A program made the position numbers and the translations under genes. A model generated the notes under the pieces. That model made no database searches and had not been told where the DNA came from. It worked only from the letters and a program-made list of their open reading frames with translations. 64,000 nucleotides of DNA from a bacterium (GTDB lineage: Bacteria; UBA8248): NCBI GenBank assembly GCA_965213685.1, contig CBDBZY010000064.1, positions 480,001 through 544,000 on the forward strand. The letters are read 5' to 3'. Numbering within the stretch: the first letter of the stretch is position 1; each line of letters opens with the position of its first letter. Positions 10,338 through 22,920 of this stretch are shown in pieces.

Positions 10338-11065
10338 GGGATCAGTTGGTCTGAGACTACCAGTATATGAATGTACTGAATCCAGATACAATTCATCCTA
10401 ATGTAATACACTATAATCAGGGTGTACATTGGGGACCTACGTATGTTGCTTTGGCTGAAGACATTGCAGGCTGTCTTACATACCAAGGGCCAGGTAGGTA
10501 GGACTTTACAGTCAATAGCTGTGCTCCTGTAAGCACCAGGCCTGACTCCAGGAGTTTATCCAACTCGGGCCCTAGTTCATGAATAGCATGCAGGAAGCCT
10601 GGTACCTCGACCAGGCGAACCAGCTTGCTTAAGCGGAACTAATTATCCATCTATATAAACTTAGGTGTATGTGTGTGTAGTGTGAGAGTAGGTCTTAGCT
10701 GGTAACCATAGCAGCTAGATTTCTACTAGTACTCCATTCACAAGGACGCGTGTTTCCATTTAGCATTGTCCATAATGCCTGTGTTCCGTGCAGGGAGGGA
10801 GTCTGAAGAGCCATTTTCCTAGCATTTGGTTGGCTATCCACTCTAGCAACCACTTAAGCATTTTAGCCTGTTATTTGCCATCACTTCTTTGAGCTACAGT
10901 GCACTAGACATGAAAGGCTTGTGAAATGCTGAGGCTACCAACCATAGATCCACAAGTATTACTTATTGCACACCGTATGACGCAGTATGGTTTCATGTTT
11001 TGAAAAAGAATGCTGAGTAGCATCATGGACATGGGATCACACAATTCATGATCCATATCAATGGT

Positions 11066-11129
11066 TAACCTTGTTCCCAGGCAAAGGTCATACACGTGCG
11101 CTAGGGGGGAGAGCCTTGGAACAAGGCTA
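11066..11129. mobile_element. Degenerate tiny hairpin MITE (TAGCCTCG family)
   Basis: Related to 36161-36273; flanked by atcaatggt/atcagtggt. Confidence 0.65.
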
Positions 11130-12820
11130 ATCAGTGGTCTCTAGAGGACTAAGAAATGATTAGTTATACGGTTCCACTATATGTACATATTATACACATT
11201 TCAGTACAGAGTTTGGACCGATTTTAATTTAAGAGGACCATACAATTGATGCATGATAATGGTACTCCTATAGGGAGAACAACTCCCCAACTACAAAGCT
11301 GTGCATATTAGGAAGCAACCACCTTGGAAGCCATGGAGAAGGTCACTCCATACAACTGTGAGGTCAGAGTACAGTCCCACACATGTGTGCCATCAGTTTT
11401 TCAATGTGATTGTTAATTAGAAGGAGCAGAGGAGAACCCAAAGGAATGCAGGCTAAGAGGACTGAGGGGCACAAGAGGAAAGATGAAGAGGAGGAGGATT
11501 TGGGGTGGAGGAAGGAGCACAGGAGGACAAGGAGGGAGGGGGGATGGAGGGGGGGATATGTATGAAGTGAGGAAAGGGAGACAGAGGGTATAAGGTACTA
11601 CGGAATAAGCAGTAGCCAACCCTACAGTGCAGGGTGTGGGATGAAGATGGTCGGTGGAGAAAGGGTACAAAACGACCTCAGAATATGAAGTAGCCAGCTA
11701 TGTATGCAGTAGCCAACTGTAATATGTACCATACAGTGGGTGGGTTGTCAATACTCGTATTGATGCGTTGGCAGCACCATCTCTTTGTTCCCCTTGTTGT
11801 GCTTTGCACACATATTATTATACTGTATACATACTATGTTCTTTGAAGACCGCTATTTTACTAGTTGTGCCGTACATTACTAGTGGCATATAATGGTATT
11901 GGCAACGTTATTTCACTGCACGCAGCAATGAGGAGAGAGAGGCACTAGTGCAGCCCCTTCCTAATCTCGCAATTCTCCCCCCACGACTATCCCACCGTCA
12001 TTACAGACTCGGAAGGAGTCACAGCATAGCCAGCAGCCGTGCAACACGCACGTATCTGCATCAAAATGTATCAGAATACTTACCTCAGGTGTAACTTTGG
12101 GTCGTAAAAGGTAACTGCTTCAGCCTTCCCAGCTTTGTAGCCGTAATGGAGATTTCTGTTGTGGTACTCTAGTAATCTACAGTTCTACAGCACTTCGGCA
12201 GTAAGGGAGTGACCTTTCCATGTGTATTTGTGTCACGCGCTTACTTAAGTGGGCATTTTGCACGTGATGCGATCATCCGATCGCGCAGGCTTGGCCTAGA
12301 AGAGGTGACTTTCCGTCACAGGGAACAAAGGCCATGAGCGACTGCGTGGGCGGGAGTTTATATAATGGGATGCGTCGACGTGTCAACGAGCTGCGGTGTG
12401 GATTATCGGAATTGAGGACAATCGAGCCTAAATGCGCGATTATACGTTACATCCAACATCAATCGTCTATTTCTCTGGCCTTGAAACCGAATGACGACCA
12501 CAAGGTTGATCTACCTATCTATGCAGTTTCTTAATGGTGCCAATTTAGCAATTTTGCCAGCCCAAATAATCATTACCGTATTTGTGATTGCAGAATGGGT
12601 AGAGGAGTGGTTGTGTCGCAATATGAAATGGCTAGTACTAGTCGTGCTGTTGCCAGCGCTGTGAGTTCAAATCGTCAGTAGCGCAGCCACACCCACACGA
12701 CTGGTTCATAAGGTGAAGCCATCCTTCATACTGTGGAGCATCGCTGATTGGCATACATGCTTAGGTACATTTATGAATACCAATACGTCAGTCTATGCAC
12801 GTCTGATTATACTGTCCCTG

Positions 12821-12876
12821 TAGCCTCGTTCCCAGGCTCTCTACGCGTGCGCTAGGGGGGAAAGCCTGGGAGGGTA
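12821..12876. mobile_element. Tiny hairpin MITE (TAGCCTCG family), right end degenerate
   Basis: tagcctcgttcccaggctct...aaagcctggg; flanks ctgtccctg/ctgtgcctg. Confidence 0.65.
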
Positions 12877-13278
12877 CTGTGCCTGTGGAGGCGTAGCCTG
12901 ACCACACCCTTCTAATCGCGCACACGCGAAAGTAGAGTCTCATTCCCAGACACTTTCACGCCTCACTGAGGAACGCGTGTATGTGGTTCCAAATTTTGTC
13001 AATATTCACAGGCTCCTGCTGATCGCGAGACTCGGCTGTTCTTCGCGAGCTGGAACGCTGTATGACAGCGTTCCTAGACGTTCACGCAGTACGCGAGATC
13101 GTCTTGGTAAGACGATTTAACTGTGTTTGTTGTGTTGTGATAGAAATCATTTTAGTAGTGACTCAATGCAGCATCAGCCAGTTAATTAAGATATAACTTA
13201 AAAGCATGGACCTCAGGAAACAATGCCGTTACGTCACAATGCATGTTAGCACGTGACAACTGAAGACTATTAATATTT

Positions 13279-13453
13279 CATAGGCGTAGGAAGGGGGGCT
13301 GGGGGGCTGGAGCCCCCCTCAATATTTTTCTGCAGGGGGCAGAGCCCCCCCAATATTTTAGGCCTGACTCTTGTTGACATAATCATAAGCTCCTCCCCAA
13401 AAGTGCTTAAAGGCTTTGTGCTCTCCAATATTTATGCCTCACATACGCCTATG
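13279..13453. mobile_element. MITE with 5-bp TSD (hAT5-like)
   Basis: TIR cataggcgta/tacgcctatg; TSD tattt on both sides. Confidence 0.8.
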
Positions 13454-13552
13454 TATTTGCGACGATGCCTCAACTTGAGCTGGAGTGCATCCTCCCATTC
13501 TGTAGTTACACGTTAATTGATCAACAGTCTACAAGTGCCAATGAATGATCAA

Positions 13553-13598
<46 letters not shown>

Positions 13599-13639
13599 TT
13601 GACACTGATCCTCCCCTCGGCTCAGTCAGCTGAGAGAAT

Positions 13640-15843
13640 ATGGGGGTCTCCACAAAGCAACAAACTGCCAACTATACCCTGAGGTATCTCCTGACTGTTT
13701 CAGCTTCTGATGTGGCAGAATTTGGTAGGTCCACGCACAGGAATAGATCAAGAACCACAAGTCCCTGGGCCATGAACGGACACATACATGTACATGTAGA
13801 CTTAACTTTGTGTTAAGACACAGCCAAAACGGGAACAATGTGGCATTGTGTGGGCTACATAACACTAGTAGTGAGCTATGGTACACTGAATTCTTGTGTA
13901 AGTAGGAGTTCAGAAGTGCGAAAGGTTTTGAGAACCGTACATGCTGTCCATACCCTTCGATATCTCCTCACTTCTCTCTTCCTCTGTTGCTATCCTCTTT
14001 GTGTCTCCCAGTAACCTTCCCACTAGACATCACAAAGACCAGACTACAGGTACAGGGTCAGTTAAACTGTACAGCTCCGTACAGAGGAATGACAAAGACA
14101 GCCCTGGGCATTGGTAAGGAAGGATTAAGATTCAGTGTACTAGGTTGAGTATGTGTTATATCCTTGGTGTTCTTGTTGCAGTCCATGAGGAAGGTTTCCT
14201 GAAGCTGTGGAGAGGAATACCACCTGCTCTTTTTAGACATTGCTGTGAGAATGTACAATGTCATGTAAAGACTTCATCTTAACAAATAGATTGTACGGAG
14301 ACTACATGTACTAGTTTGTACGACCGTTCTTGATTCATGATAGAGAACATTAAACATAGTTACATATGGTTTCTCTTAATCTCGTTTCTCTCTGCACACA
14401 GTTTACTCATCTCGAGTTCTGTTTTATGAGATTATCAGAAAACATGTCTTTAAACGGGACAAAAATGGCAGATTTCCACTCTGGTGAGGTGACCTTCAGT
14501 AACCAGTGTGCCTGTCAGTAGTGATCTGTTGCACTGTTGTTGCTGCTGCATGTTCTATGAACAACAACCGTGACACAGGAAATCAGTACCATCAGCAATG
14601 ATTGCTGGGGTGATGGGGCAGTTCTTGGCTAGTCCAACCGACCTGGTGAAGATCAGACTACAAGTGGAGGGGAAGAGATTGCTAGAGGGCCATCTTCCAA
14701 GGTTAGTGACATGAAGAAGGTGGTCAAGTAGAGCAGGGAGGCAGGGAGATTTGTAGGCACAAATCTTTCCTGGTAAAGCCTGCTTGAGAGGCGAAGCCTG
14801 CCAGGAGTAGTGCTTCCAACCTCTCTCCTAGCCACAAAGTGAGGGAGGGAGAAGGAAAAGTAGGGGAGAGAGAGAACAGAGATAATGAGTCCCTACTCTG
14901 ACATAGGCATCACGGCATGTGGGACGCATTCCGGGCTATAGTGAGATCAGATGGGGTAAGAGGACTGTGGAGTGGTTGGGTACCGAACTGCCAGAGAGCG
15001 GCACTGGTGTGTCTTGGAGGTAGGGATATCTGGTGACATGCTGAGCTACACCTTATTATGTCTCAACTATGCCACTTTCCACTGCAGGACTCACAACCTA
15101 TGACATAGCGAAGCAAATGATACTCAGAAACACTAGGCTTGAAGATGGTACAACTACTCATACTTTGTCAAGGTACACCTTCATATACATCTAATTTTAA
15201 TCTACTTTCAAACTTCTACTTTTGTTTTCAAAAGCCATTTTTAGTTTCTTTTGAAGTGTACAGTAGATGCTCACGTAGTTTCAATTTTTATGTTGTCAGT
15301 ATGCTGTTTCTCTCTTCTCCCACCCTCTCTCTGTCTGTCTGTCTGTCTGTCTGTCTCTGACATGTGCAGTGCATGTGCTGGTCTGGTAGCCTCTATTTTG
15401 AGCACCCCAGCTGACGTGATAAAGTCCAGGATGATGAGTCAGAGTTATGAGAATGGTAGAGGAATCCACTACCCATCAACTCTGCAATGTTTACACTTGA
15501 CTGTAAGAGCTTACCACTATGCATACAGTGCTCAACAATATTGCTAATGTAGATGTTATTTTCCAATTTCTCACAGGCTCCTCTTAGGTGTATTATTGTT
15601 TCCCATCTCCATACAGGTTCGTGGTGAAGGATTCTTTGCTCTCTACAAAGGTTTCTTTCCCACGTGGATAAGACTGGTGATTATGCAATACTCATAAACC
15701 TTCCACAACTACCAACATCAGATTCTGCTTCTAATGTACATACATTTCATTTCCTTATCCCCATACTGCAGGGTCCATGGTTGTTAACCTTTTGGATTGT
15801 GTATGAGGAGATCAGAGTATTGGCTGGAATTGATACTTTTTAG
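13640..15843 (+). CDS. UCP4: Mitochondrial uncoupling protein 4-like carrier, paralog A (10 coding exons)
   Basis: Exons 13640-13724, 14012-14113, 14182-14244, 14402-14483, 14579-14701, 14907-15019, 15088-15172, 15370-15502, 15617-15676, 15772-15843, all GT-AG with consistent phases. Three carrier signatures [24 protein letters not shown]; UCP4-like PNCQRAALV and PWLLTFW. Confidence 0.88.
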
Positions 15844-16654
15844 TAAAATGTCATCAGTCAAAATTATTTATTTTAATGTTTTTATTACCTGTGTGGACAC
15901 TCAATATCACAGACGTAACTTATAATTAGGACTACAAAACTTCATGGTGGAATTATGCTCACTATAACATTAGCAATACAGTCCGGGAACTGAATAACTC
16001 ATTTTGGGTATGTGGGATGCACAGCAGTCGTCAATGTATATTCCTGACATCCTGTCACTGATCAGGAAGTCTTGTCTTAGTACGTACTCACGCTCATTTT
16101 ACTTTGAAGAGTTAGCCTGGTCAACTGGCCCTCCATCCCCGCATGGTGGAATGGTGAGACTCTCTGTTATAGGAGTTTATACGTAACTATGATACACCAG
16201 TCATGTAAGGGAACTCTCCGTACTATGTGTAAACCGAGTAGCTGTGGAACTTTACCTCGTAAATACTAGGGTCATGATAACAAAAAAGCTCTACATATAG
16301 ATTTGCTGCGTACATTTTGAATAGCAGCAAATTAAAATGGACAATGAAGTCCCCTAGCTTGGTAGCTCATTCTTCGCTCGGTTGTTTTATTCCCAAAGTT
16401 CTTGCAAAGATTATTCTGGTGGGAGGTAAGGTTCATCACCACTCGCGGTCTACATAATTATAGACCTACCCGATTTCCGGTTGGAAACTAGCCCCACCCA
16501 CCACAAAACCACCATCATGTCTGACCCTTGACCCTTCCACCACTTAGCGAAAACTGCAGGTGTGTAGCAACTCTGCGTGCGTTGAAGTGTAGCTCGGCCG
16601 ACGGTCAACCAATTCAAATGGTGTATTGCTTGTCCTGTGCACAGATCCAGTGGT

Positions 16655-19600
16655 ATGGCGCCTTCTCCCAGGGATAAGGACCCTTTTGTTCTGAAATACC
16701 TTCTGACAATATCAGCTGCAGCTGTTGCAGAGTTTGGTAAGGACTCTGAAGTGATAGAATACAAGTAGATAAGCCAAGTGGATACAGACATTCTAGAAGC
16801 AGCACACAGGTCTATTTCAACTGTTTTCTGTTTCCTTACAAACACAAGTAATAATGTGTTCATGTTAACCTTCACTCTGACTCTGTCAGTTCCTGTTTCT
16901 GTATATAACCTTCCTTCCTACTATCGCATCTTATGACCCAATCTCTGTCCTCACCCTCCTCTACTCTTCCTCCCTTTCTCACATCCTTTCTTTCATTTTC
17001 CTTTCTACCTCCCCTCGTTCTCCCATTCCTCCTCTTCCTCTCTCTCCACCTACTCTTCCGTTACTCCCTACTCCATGCTCCCTCTGTTTGTATCAACCAA
17101 ACTTCCACCCCTTCATCTCACTCACTTTATTCTCCTGCACGTATCTGTGTGTCATCTCCTTTCATTTTGTTTATTGTTTGCACTTCCCCTCCCCTCTCCC
17201 CTTTTCCCCTCCCCCCCTTTCTCTCTATGCCTCTTTACACTCCCCCTCCCTCCCTTCCCCCTCCGCCCCACCCCCCCCCACCCCCCCCCCCTTTCTCTCT
17301 ATGCCTTTTTACCCCCCCCCCCCCCCCCTTCCCCTCCCCCTTCTCTCTATGCCTTTTTGCTTCTTCCTGCTTTCCTCCCTTTGTATTTTAGTAACCTTCC
17401 CTCTGGACATCACCAAAACTAGGCTGCAAGTGCAAGGCCAATTGCAGTCAGCAACTCCATACAGAGGAATGATAAGTACTGCCATCGGCATAGGTCAGTT
17501 ACTTTTAAAACATCCCCACTCACAATTATTATGCTAAGTCTAGTGTGAGTGGTATAGAGGCATAATATTTCTTCATGTAGTTCGGGAAGAAGGATTCCGG
17601 AGATTATGGAGAGGGATCAAGCCAGCCATACTAAGGCACACTAGTAAGGCTAAAATGCAGGGTGCTAGATCTAGATGGCAACTCTGAAGGTTACATACAA
17701 GCTGTGTGACTATGAAGACTTAAGGCCAGCCATCTGTGTTGCACGTGCATGACATGTAATACCCACACTCCCAGTCACCCCAGCACAGCTGATGAGGCCT
17801 GGTATTGGCCGAAATGCATCCTGCGCATTGGGTGACTGTTTAACATCTAGGCCTAAGGGCTGTTCGCAGCTTAGGGAGTTGTGGTTCTCGACTTACTCAT
17901 GTATACTGTAGTTCACCTCAGTTGTGTATACATGTGAGTGTGTTGTATGTACAATGGAGGCATGGCTGCTAATTGTTCTTCCTGCAAGTCTATTCTGGAT
18001 GCCGGATGTCATTTTATGAGGCCATTCGAGACCACATATTCAAAAGAGATAGTTCAGGAAGATACCCTCTCTGGTAAGGCACGATGCACCTGTGTTTGGA
18101 GTTTGAATGTGCATGTATTTAGACAGACACATCTCAAATACATGTATATAAGATATTATCAATCCCTCATGTAAGTAGATTTACTATGGACACACCTTGT
18201 ACATATGCATATTCTGAGCAGTAACAGCATCAGTGCCACTTAGAGCGTTTTTGTAGCTCAGCCAGACACCTCTTACAGCTGAGTCTTGCCATGCATTTAC
18301 AGTAATTATCTATGGCATATTTCACTACATCTGAAAGCCATTCCTGATAATTTCTGAGGTAGTGTCATAAGCCTAAGCTAATAGATTGCTGGCCACAGTT
18401 TGTGGATTGCTACAGGCAGTAGATCACTTCTAGATAATACAGCCCTCCATTGCAAGTCTGTGTTCCCACATGCAGGAAAGCAATCCCAACTGGTATGATT
18501 GCAGGGGCAGGGGGACAATTTTTGGCTAGTCCAACTGACCTGGTGAAGGTCAGACTGCAAGTGGAGGGGAAACGAGTGCTAGAGGGTCACCCTCCAAGGT
18601 CAGTTACACACCCCAAAACTAACAAAGGAGAGGCAGGGGAGGGTTCTGCTACCCATCTTGCACCTGATGAGAGACGGGGTCTACTACAAGTGTCTGTGTA
18701 GTAAAGTGATAGACATAAATACACAAGAAGTGTACATGCACGTACATGTATTTTGCTTCATGCTGGCCACTACACATGCATGCACAGATGTGGAGTTAAC
18801 CATTTCTGAGCATGACTAGCTCACGTTCCTGAGTGTGACCAACATGTATATACATATGTACATGCATTGCAAGATAGATCCTGGATTAGTTTCCTCGCAC
18901 TAATGCACTCACTATTAGTGTTTTATAATCAGGCTTGACTGTAGGAATAGGTAGAAAGATCATTGGATATAGAGGCAATAAGATTGGGAAGGAGGGGAAC
19001 AGTTACTACACAACAGAAAGAAGTGAGTTCCACAAGCCTATCATGACCTCACCCTCTCTCCCAGGTACCGTGGCACATGGGATGCATTTCGCTCCATTGT
19101 GCGTTCAGAGGGTGTGAGGGGGTTGTGGAGTGGCTGGGCACCAAACTGCCAGAGAGCTGCTCTAGTGTGCCTTGGAGGTAGGAACATTCTTGTACAATTC
19201 ATTTTCATCAAGAGGTGGAGGGATGGTTTTATGTTTTACCTTCTTGTGGATACTGCACTGCCTACCTTTTCTTTCTTTGCTTCCTGGCCTGAAATTGCTA
19301 CATCTGCATGACAATAATTATAGTTGTCTCACTCTCTTTGCACAATAATAGCGGACATTAGTGTTTCAATCACTCTGCACTTCAGCTGTGCTAGAAAATA
19401 TAATGAACCAAATTTTTGCAGTGCTGGAACTCAAAATTGTAATTGTAAGAAAAAGATATGAAAGTGAAATGTAGCAACACATTTCATACTTGGGTTATAT
19501 AATTCAAAAGATAGACCAATAATTACATATGATGCTAAGTATGTTGGTGTTCACGAATGTAGAAAGCTCTATAGTCATGGTAGTGCTATCCCTGCATAGA

Positions 19601-20771
19601 GAGTGTGCCACCTCTCTGACATAGGCTATGTTGATACATATTATATGTAATAGCAGAAGAGAGTAGAGGGAGTATACTAAGGTTTATAGTGTAGAGTTGG
19701 GTAGGGTATAGATTATCTTCTTTCATGAGTGAAATTTCTTACCCATAGATCTTACTACATATGACACAGTGAAACAAGCAATACTCAGAAACACTAATTT
19801 AAAGGATAATGCCATTACCCATGCTATGTCAAGGTAGGTAATAAACAGTGTTTGTATTATATAGGCTTAGAGATTTGTGTCTCGGTTCAGTGCTCCTGTT
19901 CAACTGCTACCGTGTATGAATGTTGACACACATGTAGCGGGGCTTCAGGTCTAGTATCTGCTACCATGGGGACACCAGCAGATGTGGTAAAGACGAGAAT
20001 GATGAGCCAACCTTATGAAAATGGAAGAGGACTCTACTACTCCTCTACTATGGACTGCTTGGTCTCAACAGTCAGTGAAGCACACTGCTCTAGTTGCCTG
20101 TGTTTGTGAATATTATGATTTCAACTATGGTATATGTTTGTTCTCTCTCTACAGGTCAGACAAGAAGGAGTCTTTGCTCTTTACAAAGGCTTCATTCCAA
20201 CTTGGTCTAGAATGGTATATTTCTATTCCTCATTCATGTATCAATATTACCAAATACTTGGTTACTGAGTGTAAATTTAGCACCAGTGCTTTCCTTTGTG
20301 TACAGTGTTCCTACCATGCTTACTTTGTAACCTGACTCCTCCATATTATATTGGCTAAGAACTGCCTATTTCAAAATATAGTGTTATAATGTGAGTGTGC
20401 TGCAGCACTGCACTTAAGAATGTAAACACAAAAGAGTGATGAGTTCATACTCAAGAAGGTCATTTTTTCCAGCAGTTTCACCATTCCCATCACTCATAGT
20501 GCAACTCCTTGTTTATAGGAAGGCAGCTACTTATCTCCAGGTGCACCAATGACATTTATAGCTCCTATTTTCAATATTGCATTCCTCATCAATGAACAAT
20601 TTCAAAGCAGTAGCTCATTTTCTTTGGTGTGTCTGCATGCTTCCACGTAGTTTGTTAGTAGTTCTAATGTGCAATACTATGTGCTATCTCTCTCCTCAGG
20701 CTCCATGGTCACTAACATTTTGGCTGGTGTACGAGGAGATTAGAGTTTTAGCTGGTATTGGTAACTTTTAG
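16655..20771 (+). CDS. UCP4: Mitochondrial uncoupling protein 4-like carrier, paralog B (10 coding exons)
   Basis: Exons 16655-16736, 17392-17493, 17581-17643, 17989-18073, 18476-18598, 19065-19177, 19749-19833, 19938-20070, 20155-20214, 20700-20771. Motifs [55 protein letters not shown]. Confidence 0.92.
16945..17380. repeat. Polypyrimidine/poly-C low-complexity tract
   Basis: CT-rich intron 1 with three ttctctctatgcct units separated by C-runs. Confidence 0.85.
17772..17838 (+). ncRNA. Minimal type I hammerhead ribozyme
   Basis: cagtcaccc-ca-gcacag CTGATGA GGCC tggtatt GGCC GAAA TGCA TC^ ctgcgc-att-gggtgactg. Core boxes are intact, stem II has 4 bp, stem III is palindromic and stem I is extended. 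Confidence 0.75.
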
Positions 20772-21313
20772 GTAGTAATATATCATGCTATGACAGTTAG
20801 GATTCAAATGTGTATTTATGTGAAACAATAGCACATAGTGTGAAATACAGTAAAGTATTTATTCATATATAACACCAACAAAATTGGCTGTATGCTATCA
20901 TACAAGAGATTAGTATAGTAAGATGGGGATTGCGTGTAAACAATGCAGTGCATGGTATATAGGTTAGGGGTACCATATAGGGAAGAAAGCAGTGAAATAG
21001 TGATCACAGTGTTAATTTAATTGAATGCGAGAGGTTATTGCTAATCGATTATAGTAGGCCTACATGATTGTAGTATAAAGTAAAATTAATGCTAGAATTA
21101 TGGGAGTGTGATAAAGATCAAGGGAGTTCAAGAACACGCAACAAGGCTGAAAGTTTAATTCAGGCAATCTTTTACTTCCACTGATGGTTGGTAAGTAATA
21201 CCTGAAGCAGGAGACGTTGCTGATAACGCCTGACAATTTTTGCTTCAATCCGTGACTATAACTTTACCTCACACATATGGCAGGAGACTTAGACCCACAA
21301 GATGGGGCTGAAA

Positions 21314-21468
21314 TATGTTGGTGCCAAAATCTTTATACACAACATTGACAATCTTTTGATAAATTATAATAAACAACGTTTCGGCCCCTGTCTTTCCTGG
21401 CCTGGCCGAAACTTTGTGAATAATATATGATTATCAAAGATTTTTGCAACAATCTTGGCACCAACATA
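21314..21468. repeat. Imperfect palindrome with central tttcggcc...ggccgaaa (possible Penelope-like terminal remnant)
   Basis: tatgttggtgccaa/ttggcaccaacata outer arms; gtttcggcc/ggccgaaac inner arms. Confidence 0.55.
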
Positions 21469-21700
21469 GTCCAGCCTGTCTTCTATATCACTTGGAAATT
21501 TCTAGCTGCGACTGACTTCAATATGTCATGAGATGACAGGTACAAAATGCATTGTGCAATTAAAAAGATGTAGAAATTAGATTAATTGTGTAGTCCTAGT
21601 GTACCCTGTCTGACTAGTTTTCATGGTTTTATGGCGCTGCCATTCCTTTATACTTGTTCTTTGCTGTACAAAATACACAAAGGCAGACGCGGTTCTTGCA

Positions 21701-21778
21701 TAGTCCGGCGTAGCCTGACCACACCCTTCTAACCGCGTGTGCGCGATTAGAAGGGTGTGGTCAGGCTACGCCAGACTA
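21701..21778. mobile_element. 78-bp palindromic MITE with 9-bp TSD
   Basis: tagtccggcgtagcctgaccacacccttctaa...ttagaagggtgtggtcaggctacgccagacta flanked by gttcttgca on both sides; half copy at about 12890-12928. Confidence 0.85.
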
Positions 21779-21849
21779 GTTCTTGCAGACTCCTTGCAGA
21801 CGCTAGCAAACAAATAGTAACCACAGCAGCTTTTGCTGTGTGTCAGAGT

Positions 21850-22465
21850 AAGGGAACAAGGGGACCACCACTTAGTGGGTGGGGCTGAGGCACACTAGAG
21901 ACACTAGTTAGCCCGGCTATAAAGTACAGCGTCCACACGTCGTGTATGTAACTCGTAAAACTAGCATCAATATTTGTTGTACAATAGTACAGTGAATTAA
22001 GATACGGCTCATACAAACTCATATCAGGCATAGAGAAAACTACAGTAGCCGCGAACGCTCGGGCGAACGAAAAATTTATAGGCGTGGTTTCGCGTGACCA
22101 GCCCTCACGTACTCCAAGAGTAGAGAAGTGTCTGGGGCTTCTAGTTTCTGATCACCAGGATTGGAAAGGTAAAAACATTCTGTTAGCAAAGGCACTACGC
22201 ACACAGAAATGGAGGAGATTCGTACGAGAATCACGGTGACATCTTCAGCCACTTGAAGAAAAAAAATGGAACGAACGATCACTGCTTCTTTTCAGTAAGT
22301 CTAGCGACGTCTTTTAGCCTTTAGAGGGTATCGTTGGATACAGAAACACTGGAATAGGATAGCTAAGCGCCCAGAAAGGTTTAGAACGGGAGTATTCGCC
22401 CGTGTTTAAACCTATGCACGCGCACCATGGGCGTGTTGGCGCCATCCCTTCTACGGACTCTGATG
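21850..22465 (+). mobile_element. Partial diverged copy of the hairpin-ended (HINE-like) element
   Basis: Shares ataggcgtggtttcgcg...ccctcacgt and atgggcgtgttggcgccatccct with 33900-34628; left boundary approximate. Confidence 0.6.
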
Positions 22466-22920
22466 TACCACTATCATAGTGAATTCAAAATCAAAACCAT
22501 ACATGTGTACTCCATCTACATTTTGCTCTGCATACTGTAACAGCTGTAATGTCATATCCAGCCTATATTCTTATCAAATATAATTGACGGTGTTCCAGAC
22601 CTAATTTTTTCGCATGTACTCCTTTGTTCCTGAAGCATGGTGCTGCTGTTACGAAGTCTGTAGCTGTGTGAAAGTTACTGCAGCAATATGGCAACCAGTT
22701 GTCAAGAGTAACCTGATCTACAGAGATCACAGTTCCTGACTAGTAACATGATCAGCAGAGATTACAATTCTTGTAACCTGATCTGCTTGAATGCGGAGTG
22801 CCAGACTTTACATAAGCAGGCATAATTAATGTTAATGAATGTGAAGCAGTGTAATAGCTGACCCACCCAAGGACCGTTGCTGATTCCCACTTTCAATCTT
22901 CCAATTGTTCAATAAAAATA

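Noticed and set aside
16933-17391. Proline-rich ORFs
   Set aside because: Low-complexity intron of UCP4-B; only 17392-17493 is exon
18664-18695. CTGATGA with a short agac/gtct stem in a UCP4-B intron
   Set aside because: No GAAA core; at best a decayed remnant
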